NCBI GenBank assembly: GCA_951406725.2
Contig: OX597814.1
Coordinates: 75,454,001-75,518,000, forward strand
DNA length: 64,000 nt
Origin: Octopus vulgaris
Taxonomy: Eukaryota
Reading direction: 5' to 3'
Shown: positions 28,992-39,762 of the stretch, in pieces
Position numbering within the stretch: position 1 is the stretch's first letter
How the letters are laid out: each line of letters starts with the position of its first letter
Notes under the pieces: model-generated
Seen by the model: only the letters and a program-made list of their open reading frames with translations
What the model was told of the DNA's origin: nothing
Database searches by the model: none
Position numbers and translations under genes: made by a program

Positions 28992-29036
28992 ACACAACAT
29001 TTCGGCTGATGTACTCTCCAGCTTTCATCAGGTGCC
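28992..29036 (-). ncRNA. Minimal type-I hammerhead ribozyme motif in PLE terminus (partly decayed)
   Basis: Minus strand: GGCAC-CUGAUGA-A-AGCUG(gagaguacau)CAGCC-GAAA-UG-UU-GUGU; stem I GCAC/GUGU. Stem III probably ACGU before CpG decay (inference). Confidence 0.65.
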
Positions 29037-29824
29037 CTGGGGGGAATTTCGAACCTGGGTTCTCATTCCTAAGGTATTTTTCCGATGTTATTATTATTAT
29101 TATTCAGGTCACTGCCTGGAATCAAACTCAGAATCTTGGGGTTAGTAGCCTGAGCTCTTAACCACTATGTCATATGTCCGTGGGTAATTATGGAGTGAAT
29201 TTTAGGGTTTATATTTTCCCATCCTTCCTTAATACCGGTTCCTATATTCTACTCATATCTGCACTAGGTCTGCTTAAAAGGTTATTATGTCCTGGCATAT
29301 GTGCTGCCTCTTAGTTTTTGTATTTCCTATTGGTGTTCTCTATTATTTTAACTTCATCCCACAGGGGGAGGTGGTCTCCATTTTCCTGTACATGATCAGC
29401 TATATCCGATCTATCAATATCACCTTGTGTCACAGCTTTGCGATGTTCCTCTACCCTTATTTTGAGGGGGGTGGTATGTTTCCCCTTTGTATAACCTACC
29501 ACAGGTGAAACATGCCACCCCATCAAAATAAGGGTAGAGGAAAATCGCAAAGCTGTAACACAAGGTGATATTGATAGATTGGATATAGCTGATCATGTAC
29601 AGAAAAATGGAGACCACCTCCCCCTGTGGGATGAAGTTAAAATAATAGACAGAGAACACCATTGAAAAATATGAAGACTAAAAGAAGCAGCACATATGCT
29701 AGGACACAGCAACCTCCTAAGTAGACCTAGTGCAGATATGAGTAGCATATGGGAACCAGTATTAAGGAAGGATAGGAAAATATTAGATTTATAAGCCCTA
29801 AAATTCACTCCATAATTACCCACA

Positions 29825-29893
29825 GGCATATGGCGTAGTGATTAAGAGCATGGGCTACTAACCCCAAGATTCTAAGTTTGATTCCAGGCAGTA
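29825..29893 (+). promoter_or_regulatory. tRNA-like Pol III A/B-box cassette inside the PLE (mirror copy 29107-29179 on minus)
   Basis: ggcatatggcgtagtgattaagagcatgggctactaaccccaagattctaagtttgattccagg: A box tggcgtagtg, anticodon-like arm, decayed B box gtttgattcc; present in both arms. Confidence 0.65.
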
Positions 29894-32009
29894 ACAACAA
29901 CAACAGAAAAATACTTTTGGAATGAGAACCCAGGTTCAAAATTCCCCCAGATCACCTGATAAAGGCTGGAGAAATATCCATCAAATGTAAATAATGTACA
30001 TAATTCCTCATCTCTCAAATATAGAACTGTAAGACCAATTATATATTAAATAATCTTAATTTTTTCAGAATATTTGCCCATATCACTGTCATTTAATCAG
30101 TATGTCTTGTGAATGTAAAAATTATTCAGTTTCAAAGTGTGAAGCACTTTTACAACAAAGACACAATGATCTATTAAAATGCATCTTGTGAAAATACAAG
30201 ATACACTCCAGTTGTCACAGAAGTGATTAAGACAATGGGAACAACATTGAATTTGCTTAGCTTGATAAGAGGATCAATGAACACATCACAGACTTATCTC
30301 AGATTCATGTAGCATCTGATTGGTAACTTTTCACTTTGGAAACATTTCTACAATGTCTACCAAAATGAGCCATGATAATATACTGCTCAATTCCATTCAA
30401 TACCGTTTAGATTATAGAACATCAGTGAGATCTATGGAGAGCTCAAAGTTAGTGGCATACTAATGTGAAGGCAAACAGAATTTACAATATACTCCAGCAT
30501 CATATGCTTATGGGACAGTTGTGCTACCAGCACTCAGTATATTAAACATATGCTTCAGAAATGAGCTGTTTGTCCCTTTAGTTAACCATAATGAGACATT
30601 TCTATCACATTTCCTTATTTATAAAGCCAATTCAAAAGATTTCAGGTATTTTTCTAAAGAAATTGTCATCATATTTAAACAGAGATATTTTTGCTGAACT
30701 GCAAACCAAAGAGTTTTTTTAAAAAGTTGAATTAGAAGAAACTCCTAATAAACTGGAATAGTTACCTGAAAATTTTCTAGAAAACAATAAATCATTTGTA
30801 TATAGTGGTGGAGTTGGGAATTTTCAGTTGAATGTTGTTAAAAATACACTTACAACATTAAAAAAATTTTAGTGTAGTAAGCAATGGACAAAACGATTGA
30901 TTCAATAAAAATTCTATGCAATGGAACCATGAGACAATGAATTTTAAAACCAACATATGATTGCTAATGTTGGATATTATATCGTAATGACCCAAAACAG
31001 GTTTAAAAGAGAAAATGATGCTCACAACACTTAATTAAGTTGCAATAATGCAGATTCTTCAATTACATGTGTATCTATGCAGCTAAAATTAATTATGTAC
31101 AAGTTAGTCACATGTACACTGAGTTTCAGTTCAACTAATAAATAAATTTTGGAATCAAGCAGTATGATTTGTATAAAATGCTATTTAATACACCTGAGAC
31201 AAAATTGAAAAAAATTACAAAAAAAAGCTATCATATTTAAAAAGTAAGGAAATTAGAATTGGCACCCAAAGTATATTTTAATTAAAAGCTAACTTCATCT
31301 ACAAAGGCAAAACATTATTTTGTTGACTAGTACTGTTTTGCAATTGTGTGAACCAAAGTAGGCAAGTGTGAGTGAATGTTGAAATGAATGCTGTAAAGTC
31401 CACCAAAGGTGGGAGATTTGACAAATCCAATGAAGATAACAAGCACAAATTCAAATAAAAATAAAATCCTAAGTGTTAAAAAATGTTTTAATAATTTTGA
31501 CATCAAAGAAGATAGTCACTAGAAACAGATGAGGGAGAAAAGGAGTCAAATGACACATACCTGGCTTTCTAATTTGACTTGATATCACTTGTTTTTATCT
31601 TGACATTTGCAATAGATGTCAGGTAACTTTACTAAATAAATGATAAGATCTTTCAATGCTATTATAAAGCAGAAAGTTTAACTTATCTATGAATTGTGGC
31701 TTTGATAGAGATAAATAAAGTGAGATTAATTACATTAATCAGTGTCAATAAGCCATATAACAGTCATAATATTGACATCAGAATCATGCAGACTCAGAAT
31801 TTCTAAATGTTAAACAAGTGAGATACATTTCAGACAAGCTCCTAGTCTGCTGTGGATTTTTTTCCTTTTATTTTAAATTTTTAATCGGAAAACTGACAAC
31901 AATTCTGATACAAGATCATGAATCCTTAAACTAATATGTCAGGTTTAATTCATCTGGTACTTATTAATCCCACAGGGATGAAGGGATAATTTACAGTGAC
32001 AGTATTGAA

Positions 32010-32224
32010 CTCTCTAACATTTAAATTGGCCATATCTGGCCCAAATATTCTACCTGTTTTATGTTCAAACTGGCCAGATGTAACCTCTCACACATATCCT
32101 ACAATGCCATTCTAAAAATAAACAATCACATTATTGATATCTCATAGCTACAAGACAATGCATGATTAAATAAAACAACGTGAATGAATATTTCATTTGA
32201 CAGAGTAATCTGAATGCTATGGAG
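32010..32224. mobile_element. ~220-bp TTAA MITE copy
   Basis: Full-length homolog of 21922-22142; right flank TTAA at 32225-32228. Confidence 0.75.
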
Positions 32225-32839
32225 TTAAATCCAAGAGAGAGAGAGATACCTTGGATTTTCAAACATGAAAAATCTGAAGATGTTACATTTAAGAAGTAAT
32301 ATTGGAGTAATTTAATTTTAAAAAAACATACTACTAAAGAAATATGAATCCTGATGCTTTTTTTTTTTTTTTTTCACACCAAATATCTCATCTGTTGAAG
32401 TGTTTTGAAAAACAGAATTTATTGCAGTAAAGAATGCGAGGATGATAGAAATAGATATCAGAAACATAAAACTACTGGCATGTTAATATAAAAAAAGATT
32501 ACTTTCTATATAAACATAAGTGATATATGTAGTTCATGATATAACCAGTACTTTATCTGGTAATAGTTATGATAGCAAAACAAAAACAGTGAGACATGAC
32601 TAATGTATGGTGGTCATTCATAATGGAGGTGAGGTATATTGGCAAGATATAGATATAAAACATGATACTAATACGTGATAATAATGCATGATGATAACAT
32701 CATATTTGTGGTATTACATGATGAAAATACAAATTGGTAATACAGTATAGTAATACACAATGGTAACATGGCAGTAATGAAATTATTAGCTGACACTACA
32801 CAATGGTATTACATGATGACAATGTGATGGTAACAGAAA

Positions 32840-33160
32840 GGGTAAAGATCCCCTTTGGTCATAAATGACCATCGGATTGTACCTAGAAAGTTACCCACAG
32901 AAGCACAAGTACAGGCAAAGTTGTTTAAGGAAGACCAGTAGTTGCCCATGCATACCAGCCCCCTCCTCTCCACACCACCAATGTTATCCAAGGGAAAGGC
33001 AAAGGTTGCATCATCTTGGCACTAGTGATGTTGTAATTCATTTCTACAGTTGAGTAAACTGGAGTAATGTGAAATAAAGTGACTTGCTCAAGAACACAAC
33101 ACACAGCCTGGTCATGGAACTGGTTAGCCCAATGCTCTAACCACTGAGCCATGCACCTTG
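32840..33160 (-). mobile_element. tRNA-derived SINE with a distinct 3' tail
   Basis: Minus-strand head gcatggctcagtggttagagca, then cttgagcaagtcactttatttc; tail ctttctaggtacaatccgatggtcatttatgacc. Confidence 0.7.
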
Positions 33161-34061
33161 ATGAATGGTAACATATACTGGTAATAAAAGATGTTTATAT
33201 ATGGTGGTAAGCATCTTCAATAAACCATCCTTTGCAACTTTCTTTCCTTACCTCTCACCCCCTTACAGGTCCCTGTCTTTCCTAATTTTCCTTTCATCTC
33301 CATCAAACAGGAATAAAGGCTTGTGTAACCTCTTAAGTTAGAAACTTCGTTTCCATCTGTAGCATCCATTCTGATACCTTTAAACGCATCTATTCTATTT
33401 GTAATCTCAAAAAAATATTAGATGTATTATTCACCTGGTCATTCCCTCATCACAGATCAACTCTCACCAAGAAGTAGAGAAAAACTTTATCTTGACCCAA
33501 AGCATTCTCTTCACAAGAATTAATGAACCTTGCCTAAGCTGTTATATGCATGTGTGTGTATCTGTCTTTATATGAGCATCAATATGTCAGTATCTATGCA
33601 TTCATGTTTTCTTTCTCTTTTCAATTTAAAACTAGCAGATCTGGCATAATTTTTATTGTTTTACTTGTTTCAGTCATGTGACTGTGGGCATGCTGTAGCA
33701 CCACCTTTAGTGGAAGAAATTGACCCCAGGATTTATTCTTTGTAAGCCTAGCACTTATTCTATCAGAGTGTTTTGCCAAATGGTTAAGTTACGGAGACAT
33801 AAACACAGCAACATCAGTTGTCAAGTGATGGTGGGGGTACGAAGACAGAGGGACAGACAGACACACACACATATATAACAAAGTAGGGAGACAATTAGAT
33901 ATCAATTCAGTCTCAGTTAGATATCAATTCAGTCTCAAATTTGGTTCTGACCACACAGTATTAATTCTAGTTAAAATACTTAAGGTAAAAGGTCCTGAGA
34001 AAATGTTATAAGGTAGACAATGGAAACAAATATAATAATCCTTTATTTAATTATCCATATA

Positions 34062-34093
<32 letters not shown>

Positions 34094-34158
34094 CATATAT
34101 AAATATAAATATATATACATACATATATATTTACACATGTATACATACATACAAGTAT

Positions 34159-34205
<47 letters not shown>

Positions 34206-34207
<2 letters not shown>

Positions 34208-34430
34208 GGAGTAAACACATAAATGTGAAACAAGGTGGAAAAAAGAGTACTCAAATACCAGTGGTAGAGTAATATGCTTTATTTTAAGCAGCAGAAAATT
34301 CAACAAAATCTGTTACTCTGAGTTTCTTGTTGCCGTTCATCAGACAGTTTTTGCTAAAAACTGTCTGATGAACGGCAACGAGAAACTCAGAGTAACAGAT
34401 TTTGTTGAATTTTCTGCTGCTTAAAATAAA

Positions 34431-34431
<1 letters not shown>
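34206..34431. mobile_element. PLE-type terminus forming a 76-bp-arm palindrome with two hammerheads
   Basis: 34277-34352 is the reverse complement of 34356-34431 (one mismatch, 3-nt loop). Confidence 0.8.
34361..34398 (+). ncRNA. Minimal type-I hammerhead ribozyme (mirror copy 34310-34347 on minus)
   Basis: CUGU-CUGAUGA-ACG-GCAA-CGA-GAAA-CUCAGAG-UA^ACAG: canonical core, stem I CUGU/ACAG, GUA triplet; first stem II pair is an A-A mismatch. Confidence 0.75.
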
Positions 34432-34470
<39 letters not shown>

Positions 34471-34504
34471 ATATATATACACATGCATATATATATACAC
34501 ATGC

Positions 34505-34541
<37 letters not shown>

Positions 34542-34598
34542 TACACACGTATACATATATATATACAAGTATATACATGTGTGTGTGTATATATATAT

Positions 34599-35121
34599 AT
34601 TAATAGTTATCGCCATACTAATATGGCAGTCTTATAAATATAAGACTAAAGCTGTCGCTGATTAGCTCCAAGAGGCTATCGCCTCTAGCTAGCTATATGA
34701 CACACGAACCTGCGTCCATTACAACCTTCGAACAGGGAGGTCAGCCGCTTCACCTTGCTAGTCAGACATCTGCAGACATGTTTCAGGGTTGTTGCCCTTT
34801 ATCAATGCAGCGTAGTCAGACTCAGCAGGTGTCACTACTGACCGTCTGTTCGAAGATTTTATTTACCTAGTTACAGTGGAATACATCCACTTGTTTTCAA
34901 TAATAGAAATATTAAAATTACTAAGTCTCTCTAAAGGAGATTACGGCAGCGTTACTGGATATTAATAGTTATCGGCATACTGATATGGCAGTCTTATAAA
35001 TATAAGACTAAAGCTGTCACTGATTAGCTCCAAGACTGCCATATTAGTATGGCGATAACTATTAATATCCAGTAACGCTGCCGTAATCTCCTTTAGAGAG
35101 ACTTAGTAATTTTAATATTTC

Positions 35122-35125
<4 letters not shown>
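34599..35125 (-). mobile_element. Hammerhead-containing non-coding retroelement (PLE pLTR or retrozyme-like), 362-nt unit
   Basis: 75-bp direct repeats at 34599-34673 and 34961-35035; 35032-35125 is an inverted copy of 34902-34995; flanked by (TA)n. Confidence 0.75.
34770..34810 (-). ncRNA. Minimal type-I hammerhead ribozyme, U3-A8 core variant
   Basis: Minus strand: CUGCA-UUGAUAA-AGGG-caacaa-CCCU-GAAA-CAUG-UC^UGCAG; 5-bp stem I, 4-bp stem II, palindromic ACAUGU stem III, GUC triplet. Confidence 0.85.
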
Positions 35126-35171
<46 letters not shown>

Positions 35172-35174
<3 letters not shown>

Positions 35175-35552
35175 GTGAAATAGAAAGATGAATAATCTTG
35201 TTGCAGATTAATTAAAAGTTTAACCGATACCTTGGTAGCAAAAATCACAGCAGAAGACAGCACGGTTGGAGGTACAACCATATGGTGTTGCAACCGTGCG
35301 TTGGTGCGGATAATTGAATATTAATATTATCAGTGAATTGAAGAAATGGAGTTGAACGAAGATTGAACAGAAATCGTTTTATTTCATTCTACACGTGTTT
35401 CCAACGGATTTCCTATTTCTTCCTGAAGAGAAAGACACAATATGGTCTCATTATTCAATCGGAATTTGGTAAATTGTGCCTTTCGAAACACGTGTAGAAT
35501 GAAATAAAACGATTTCTGTTCAATCTTCGTTCAACTCCATTTCTTCAATTCA

Positions 35553-35558
<6 letters not shown>
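35172..35558. mobile_element. Third PLE-type terminus with perfect 74-bp inverted repeat
   Basis: 35328-35401 is the exact reverse complement of 35485-35558; flanked by (TA)n. Confidence 0.8.
35416..35504 (+). ncRNA. Type-I hammerhead ribozyme with long stem II
   Basis: UUUCUUC-CUGAAGA-GAAAGACACAAU...AUUGUGCCUUUC-GAAA-CACGUG-UA^GAAUGAAA; 12-bp stem II with one mismatch, palindromic ACACGUGU stem III. Confidence 0.85.
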
Positions 35559-35597
<39 letters not shown>

Positions 35598-35668
35598 AGG
35601 TTGAAAAGGAACACGTGGGGAAAAAAGTCAAGGTAGAAAATGCTAAAATAATTTTATAAAAAACATGT

Positions 35669-35704
35669 CAGTACTGGTTTCAGTCATTGAGACTTTTTCA
35701 ACTG
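35669..35704 (-). ncRNA. Minimal hammerhead, second U3-A8 variant, in a fourth insert (~35594-35790)
   Basis: Minus strand: CAG-UUGAAAA-AGUC-ucaau-GACU-GAAA-CCAG-UA^CUG; stem III one change from palindromic ACCGGU; stem I only 3 bp. Confidence 0.65.
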
Positions 35705-35971
35705 TAAGTATGGAAAACAATTAAATTTTGGAAAAATTAAAAGAAAAGCTTTTTAAAAGAATATTTGCATAGTGTTCAAATACCTGTCTCTGCTCTCTTG
35801 TTTACTCTTGTGGGTTAGTGGTCCTTGTGAATTCTTGGCAGAAGTAGGAGGAGGAGGGCGTGAAGAAGAAGAAGAATGCGAGAGTGCCATGATAGTAGTA
35901 TGTTAAATGGTCAGGTGCCCTGAAAGTGACCTGTTGTGGATGGTAGTAGTGATTGAATTCTTGATACATCT

Positions 35972-38530
35972 CCAGGCTGCTGGAGTTCTGCGATGCAAAT
36001 GATTTTATGGTTTGCAATACTAACTTCATGAAACCTGCTAGACACCTATTCACCTACTGATCTGGTAGACACACTAGCCAAACTGACTATATCCTTCCCA
36101 GAAAAACCTTCCCAGGCAAAGAATGTACTCCACAACATGGACTAGTAGTTAGCGACTTCAGGATCAGGGTTAAATGGATGCCCAGAAGACAACCAGCATG
36201 GGGAGAAGGGTCTGGAAGCTTAACGATCCTGCGAATGGATAGAAATTTAGAGATGTATTACTCAGAGCTTTTGACGAAATAGAGGGGGATGTGGAAGACA
36301 ACTGGGGGTTTCTACGGGACAACCTGCTGAGGGCCACTGACTAGATCTGTGGATGGTGCAAAGTCCCCCTCTTGACCCAAGGTAACGTGGTGGTGGAACA
36401 ATATTGTTGACAGGGCTATTAGACAAAAGAAACAGGCTTGGAAGGACTGGAAGAACGGTGGTAGCAGGGAAGTGTATCAGATTGCCAGAAGGGAAGCTAG
36501 GAGACAGGTTAATTTAGCTAGAGGGGAAGCAGATAAGAAAAAAATTTGCCAATGTTCTGTGCCGTGAGGACGAAAGACTCGAGGTATTTCATGTTGCAGG
36601 ACAGTGTGTGAGAGAGAATCGTGATATCGTAGGAGAATAATGTGTCTGCACAGATGATGGCTCACTTGCATTAAACGAGGCTGCAAAGAGAGAGGTTTGG
36701 AGACGCCACTATGAAAGGTTGCTAAATAAAGAGAATGAATGGGAGAAAGAGAGTCTGCCGAATGCTGACCCAACAGAGGGACCAGCTATCCGAATTGACA
36801 GTACCTTGGTAGATAAAGCAATTAAGGGTATGAAGACAGGGAAAGCCCCTGGCCCATCAGGAATCACCGCAGAGATGCTCAAAATATCTGGGGGTGTCGC
36901 CTATATCCTAGTCACACGTATAGTTAACCAAGTGATACATGAAGGAGTCATACCCAATGACTGGTGTAGCAGCACCATAGTCAACTGCTACAAAGGTAAA
37001 GGTGATGCTTTAAATACAAATAATTACAGAGGTATCAAGTTGTTGGATCAGGTAATGAAGGTCACAGAGAGGGTCATAGCCCAACTGATTAGGGACAGTC
37101 AGTCTAGATGAGTTTCAGTTAGGGTTTGTGTCAAGGAAAAGCATCACTGATGCTATATTTCTGGTAAAGGAGCTGCAGGAGAAATACCTAGCCAAAGATA
37201 AACCTCTGTACCTGGCTTTCGTTGACATGGAGAAAACCTTTGACAGGGTCCCCGATCCCTTATCTGGTGGTCAATGACGAAACTAAGGATAGATAAATGG
37301 TTAGTGAGAGCTGTGCAAGCCATGTAGAGTGATGCTGTCAGTAAAGTGAGGGTTGGCAACAAGTACAGTGAAGAACTCTGGGTAGGGGTTGGGTCTACCA
37401 AGGATCAGTCCTCAGCCTCCTCTTATTCATCATAGTCCTCCAGGCAATAACAGAGGAATTCAAGACAGGATGCTCCTGGGAGCTCCTCTATGCTGATGAC
37501 CTTGCTCTAATTGCTGAGTCACTATCAGAACTAGAGGAAAAGTTTCAGGTGTGGAAAGGGCCTTAGAGTCAACTTAATAAGTAGGAAGGCAGACAAACCA
37601 CAAATCCCTTCAGGTAGATGGCCCAGCTCAATCTGTAGAAGAGGCATAGGTAGAAACTCCATAAGATGTACCCACTGTAAGCTATAGACACATAAGAAGT
37701 GCAGCAATATCAAAGGAAGGTTAACTGGGAAGATAGTTTTTGTATGTGGCAAATGCTCAGGTGCTATAAACACTGAAAATGTGCAGAGAACAGCTTCTGT
37801 CACATTCCAGGGAGAAAAACTACAAGTAGTTGATAGCTTCCGTTACTTAGGGGACCAATTCAGTAGCAGAGGTGGATACTCTGAAAGTGAATTTGCTAGA
37901 ATAAGAATAGCCTGGACAAAGTTCAGAGAGTTCCTACCTCTGCTGGTGACAAAGGACCTCTCGCTCAGAGTAAAAGGTAGACTGTATGATGCATGTGTAC
38001 GAACAGCCATGTTACATGGCAGTAAGACATGTGACTGCTGAGGACATGCATAAACTTGCAAGGAATGAAGTCAGTATGCTCTGCTGGATGTGTAATGTCA
38101 GTGTGCATACACGACAGAGTGTAAGCGCCCTGAGAGAAAAGTTCGATTTAAGAAACATCAGATGTGGTGTGCAAGAGAGCCGACTGTACTGGTATGGTCA
38201 TATGTTGTGAATGAACAAGGACAGCTGTGTGAAAAAGTGTCACACCCTAGCAGTTGAACCTGTGGAAGACATAGACCAGGAAAACCTGGGAACATACCCA
38301 AGGCAGTGACGAGTGACCAAGATCTTTGGAGATATGCTGTGCTTGAGGAGACCCGACAAGCCAAGTGGGACCATAGCCCATGGCCTATGCCATTAGACAA
38401 TAAACTTTGCTTGCGAACAGCTATTGAGACAAGTGAAATCAAATCAAAATCGCTGATGTGGCTAATGACAGTACCGCCTGATTGGCACTTGTGCCAGTGG
38501 AACATTAAAAGCACATCCAAGCATGATCGT
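35972..38530 (+). mobile_element. RTE-clade LINE, 5'-truncated and frameshifted
   Basis: APE end (RLLEFCDAND..NTNF..HLFTY..TDYIL), GKAPGPSGI, YKGKGD..NYRGIKLL, LYADDL (~37485-37503), FRYLGD, RLYDACVR; start of 3' UTR ~38370-38530. Confidence 0.93.
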
Positions 38531-39762
38531 TCCTCATTCACTACACCAGCAGTGTGCTTTGAAGTAGCATGTCTAAGTTGTTCATGCAGAATACATGCTC
38601 ACTCAAAAGTGACGACCTCCTCCTTAATCTGCTTCCTCCATCTGTGGCGATAACAGGCATTGCTCTCCCAGTCATGTAAGGGTCCTCAAATGCTTTCATC
38701 AGAGATGTCTCAGACACATTTTGAATGTTGGCTGAACCTTGAAAACTCCAGACACACAGGTCCTGAGGACAGCTAATATCTTGAGTATTAAGTATTTGAA
38801 TTCAAAACTTATGAAAAGAAGATATTTGTACTCAGTGCCAGAGCCAGTTTCAGCCAGGTTTGTAACGAAGGGTTTAAAATATATCTTGAGTACTGAATTT
38901 GCAAACTCCTTATCAATGGTCTACAGATGTCCTCTTTCTTGTGCATATATTTACATATGTATGTAATGTGTGCATTTTGCCTGCGTCGTTGTATGTGCAT
39001 ACATTTTGCAGTCCTGTCAGTATTTGTTGATTTGCACCTGCTCTAGTTTTATCATCAAACCTCTTCCCCCACACTACTTCTCAACATGGACTACTACACT
39101 TTTTGCCCCCTAAGAGTTCAGCCCTAACACTGCTGACCAACACTTTTCTCTCTTTTATTAATCCACTGCTCTGACCACAACTGCCAACACATTCTCACTC
39201 CCTCTACCTCACTAGAGCTGATCTTGGTATTGCATTTATACCCAGCTTTGTCTTTTGACCCTTAACATTATTGCCTTGCCATTCCTTGTTTCTCCTACTT
39301 ACTGATTTGACCACTCCTCTGAACACCTTACTTCTTTCCATACCACTCAAACCTCCTCTCATACAACTCACATGAACAAATGCTAACTTTTCCCCCACCC
39401 TAAATCTCTTGACATCAACACTTCAACATTGTTTCTTCACTTATTCAGATTTTGCATCTTGCATTATGACCTTTATTTTATCTTTCTTTCTGACATGTGT
39501 CAGAAAAATTAGACATCTTTTTTATGTTTCAAAATTTATTCCACTCTGAACTATTCGTATTACTTTTTACTATTGTAATTTATTTGGACTATACTTTTTG
39601 CTATAATGGTAATGTACAATGCTAGTACAACAAGGTAGTACAGCATAATGTTGTTGTTGTTTAGCTTCAAGTTGGCACCAACTAAGTAGACTATGACAAT
39701 TCTACCATTTTCAGATGTATTGTATCTCAGATTATTTTATCTAAAATTTACTTCCTTCTTAA

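Larger units (their letters stand above)
28945..30029. mobile_element. Penelope-like element (PLE) 3' fragment as a head-to-head inverted duplication
   Basis: Arms 28945-29500 (-) and 29503-30000 (+) are reverse complements; they encode a GIY-YIG C-terminus (CGRLYKGET..PLKIRVEEHRK...SDIADH...WDEVKIIDRE...LKEAAH); 14-bp TSD taagaccaattata at 28931-28944 and 30030-30043. Confidence 0.88.
34056..35592. repeat. (TA)n-rich microsatellite tract interrupted by inserts
   Basis: TA-rich runs at 34056-34205, 34432-34600, 35127-35171 and 35556-35593. Confidence 0.9.

Noticed and set aside
31555-31650. Isolated splice-like sites (minus donor ~31560; acceptors ~614 +, ~46245 +, ~63052 -)
   Set aside because: No recognisable or consistent reading frame linking them; expected by chance in AT-rich DNA.
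33895-33938. Short tandem duplications (22 bp here; ~43 bp at 40325-40410)
   Set aside because: Ordinary slippage duplications.
34020-34665. YIYI/HTHT/CVCV-rich ORFs (also 16585, 17745-18278, 25158, 42911-43155, 50835-51230)
   Set aside because: Translations of microsatellites.
36477-36773. Antisense ORFs over the RTE copies (also 37153, 37531, 55972, 56436, 57559)
   Set aside because: Shadow frames of the plus-strand LINE ORF.
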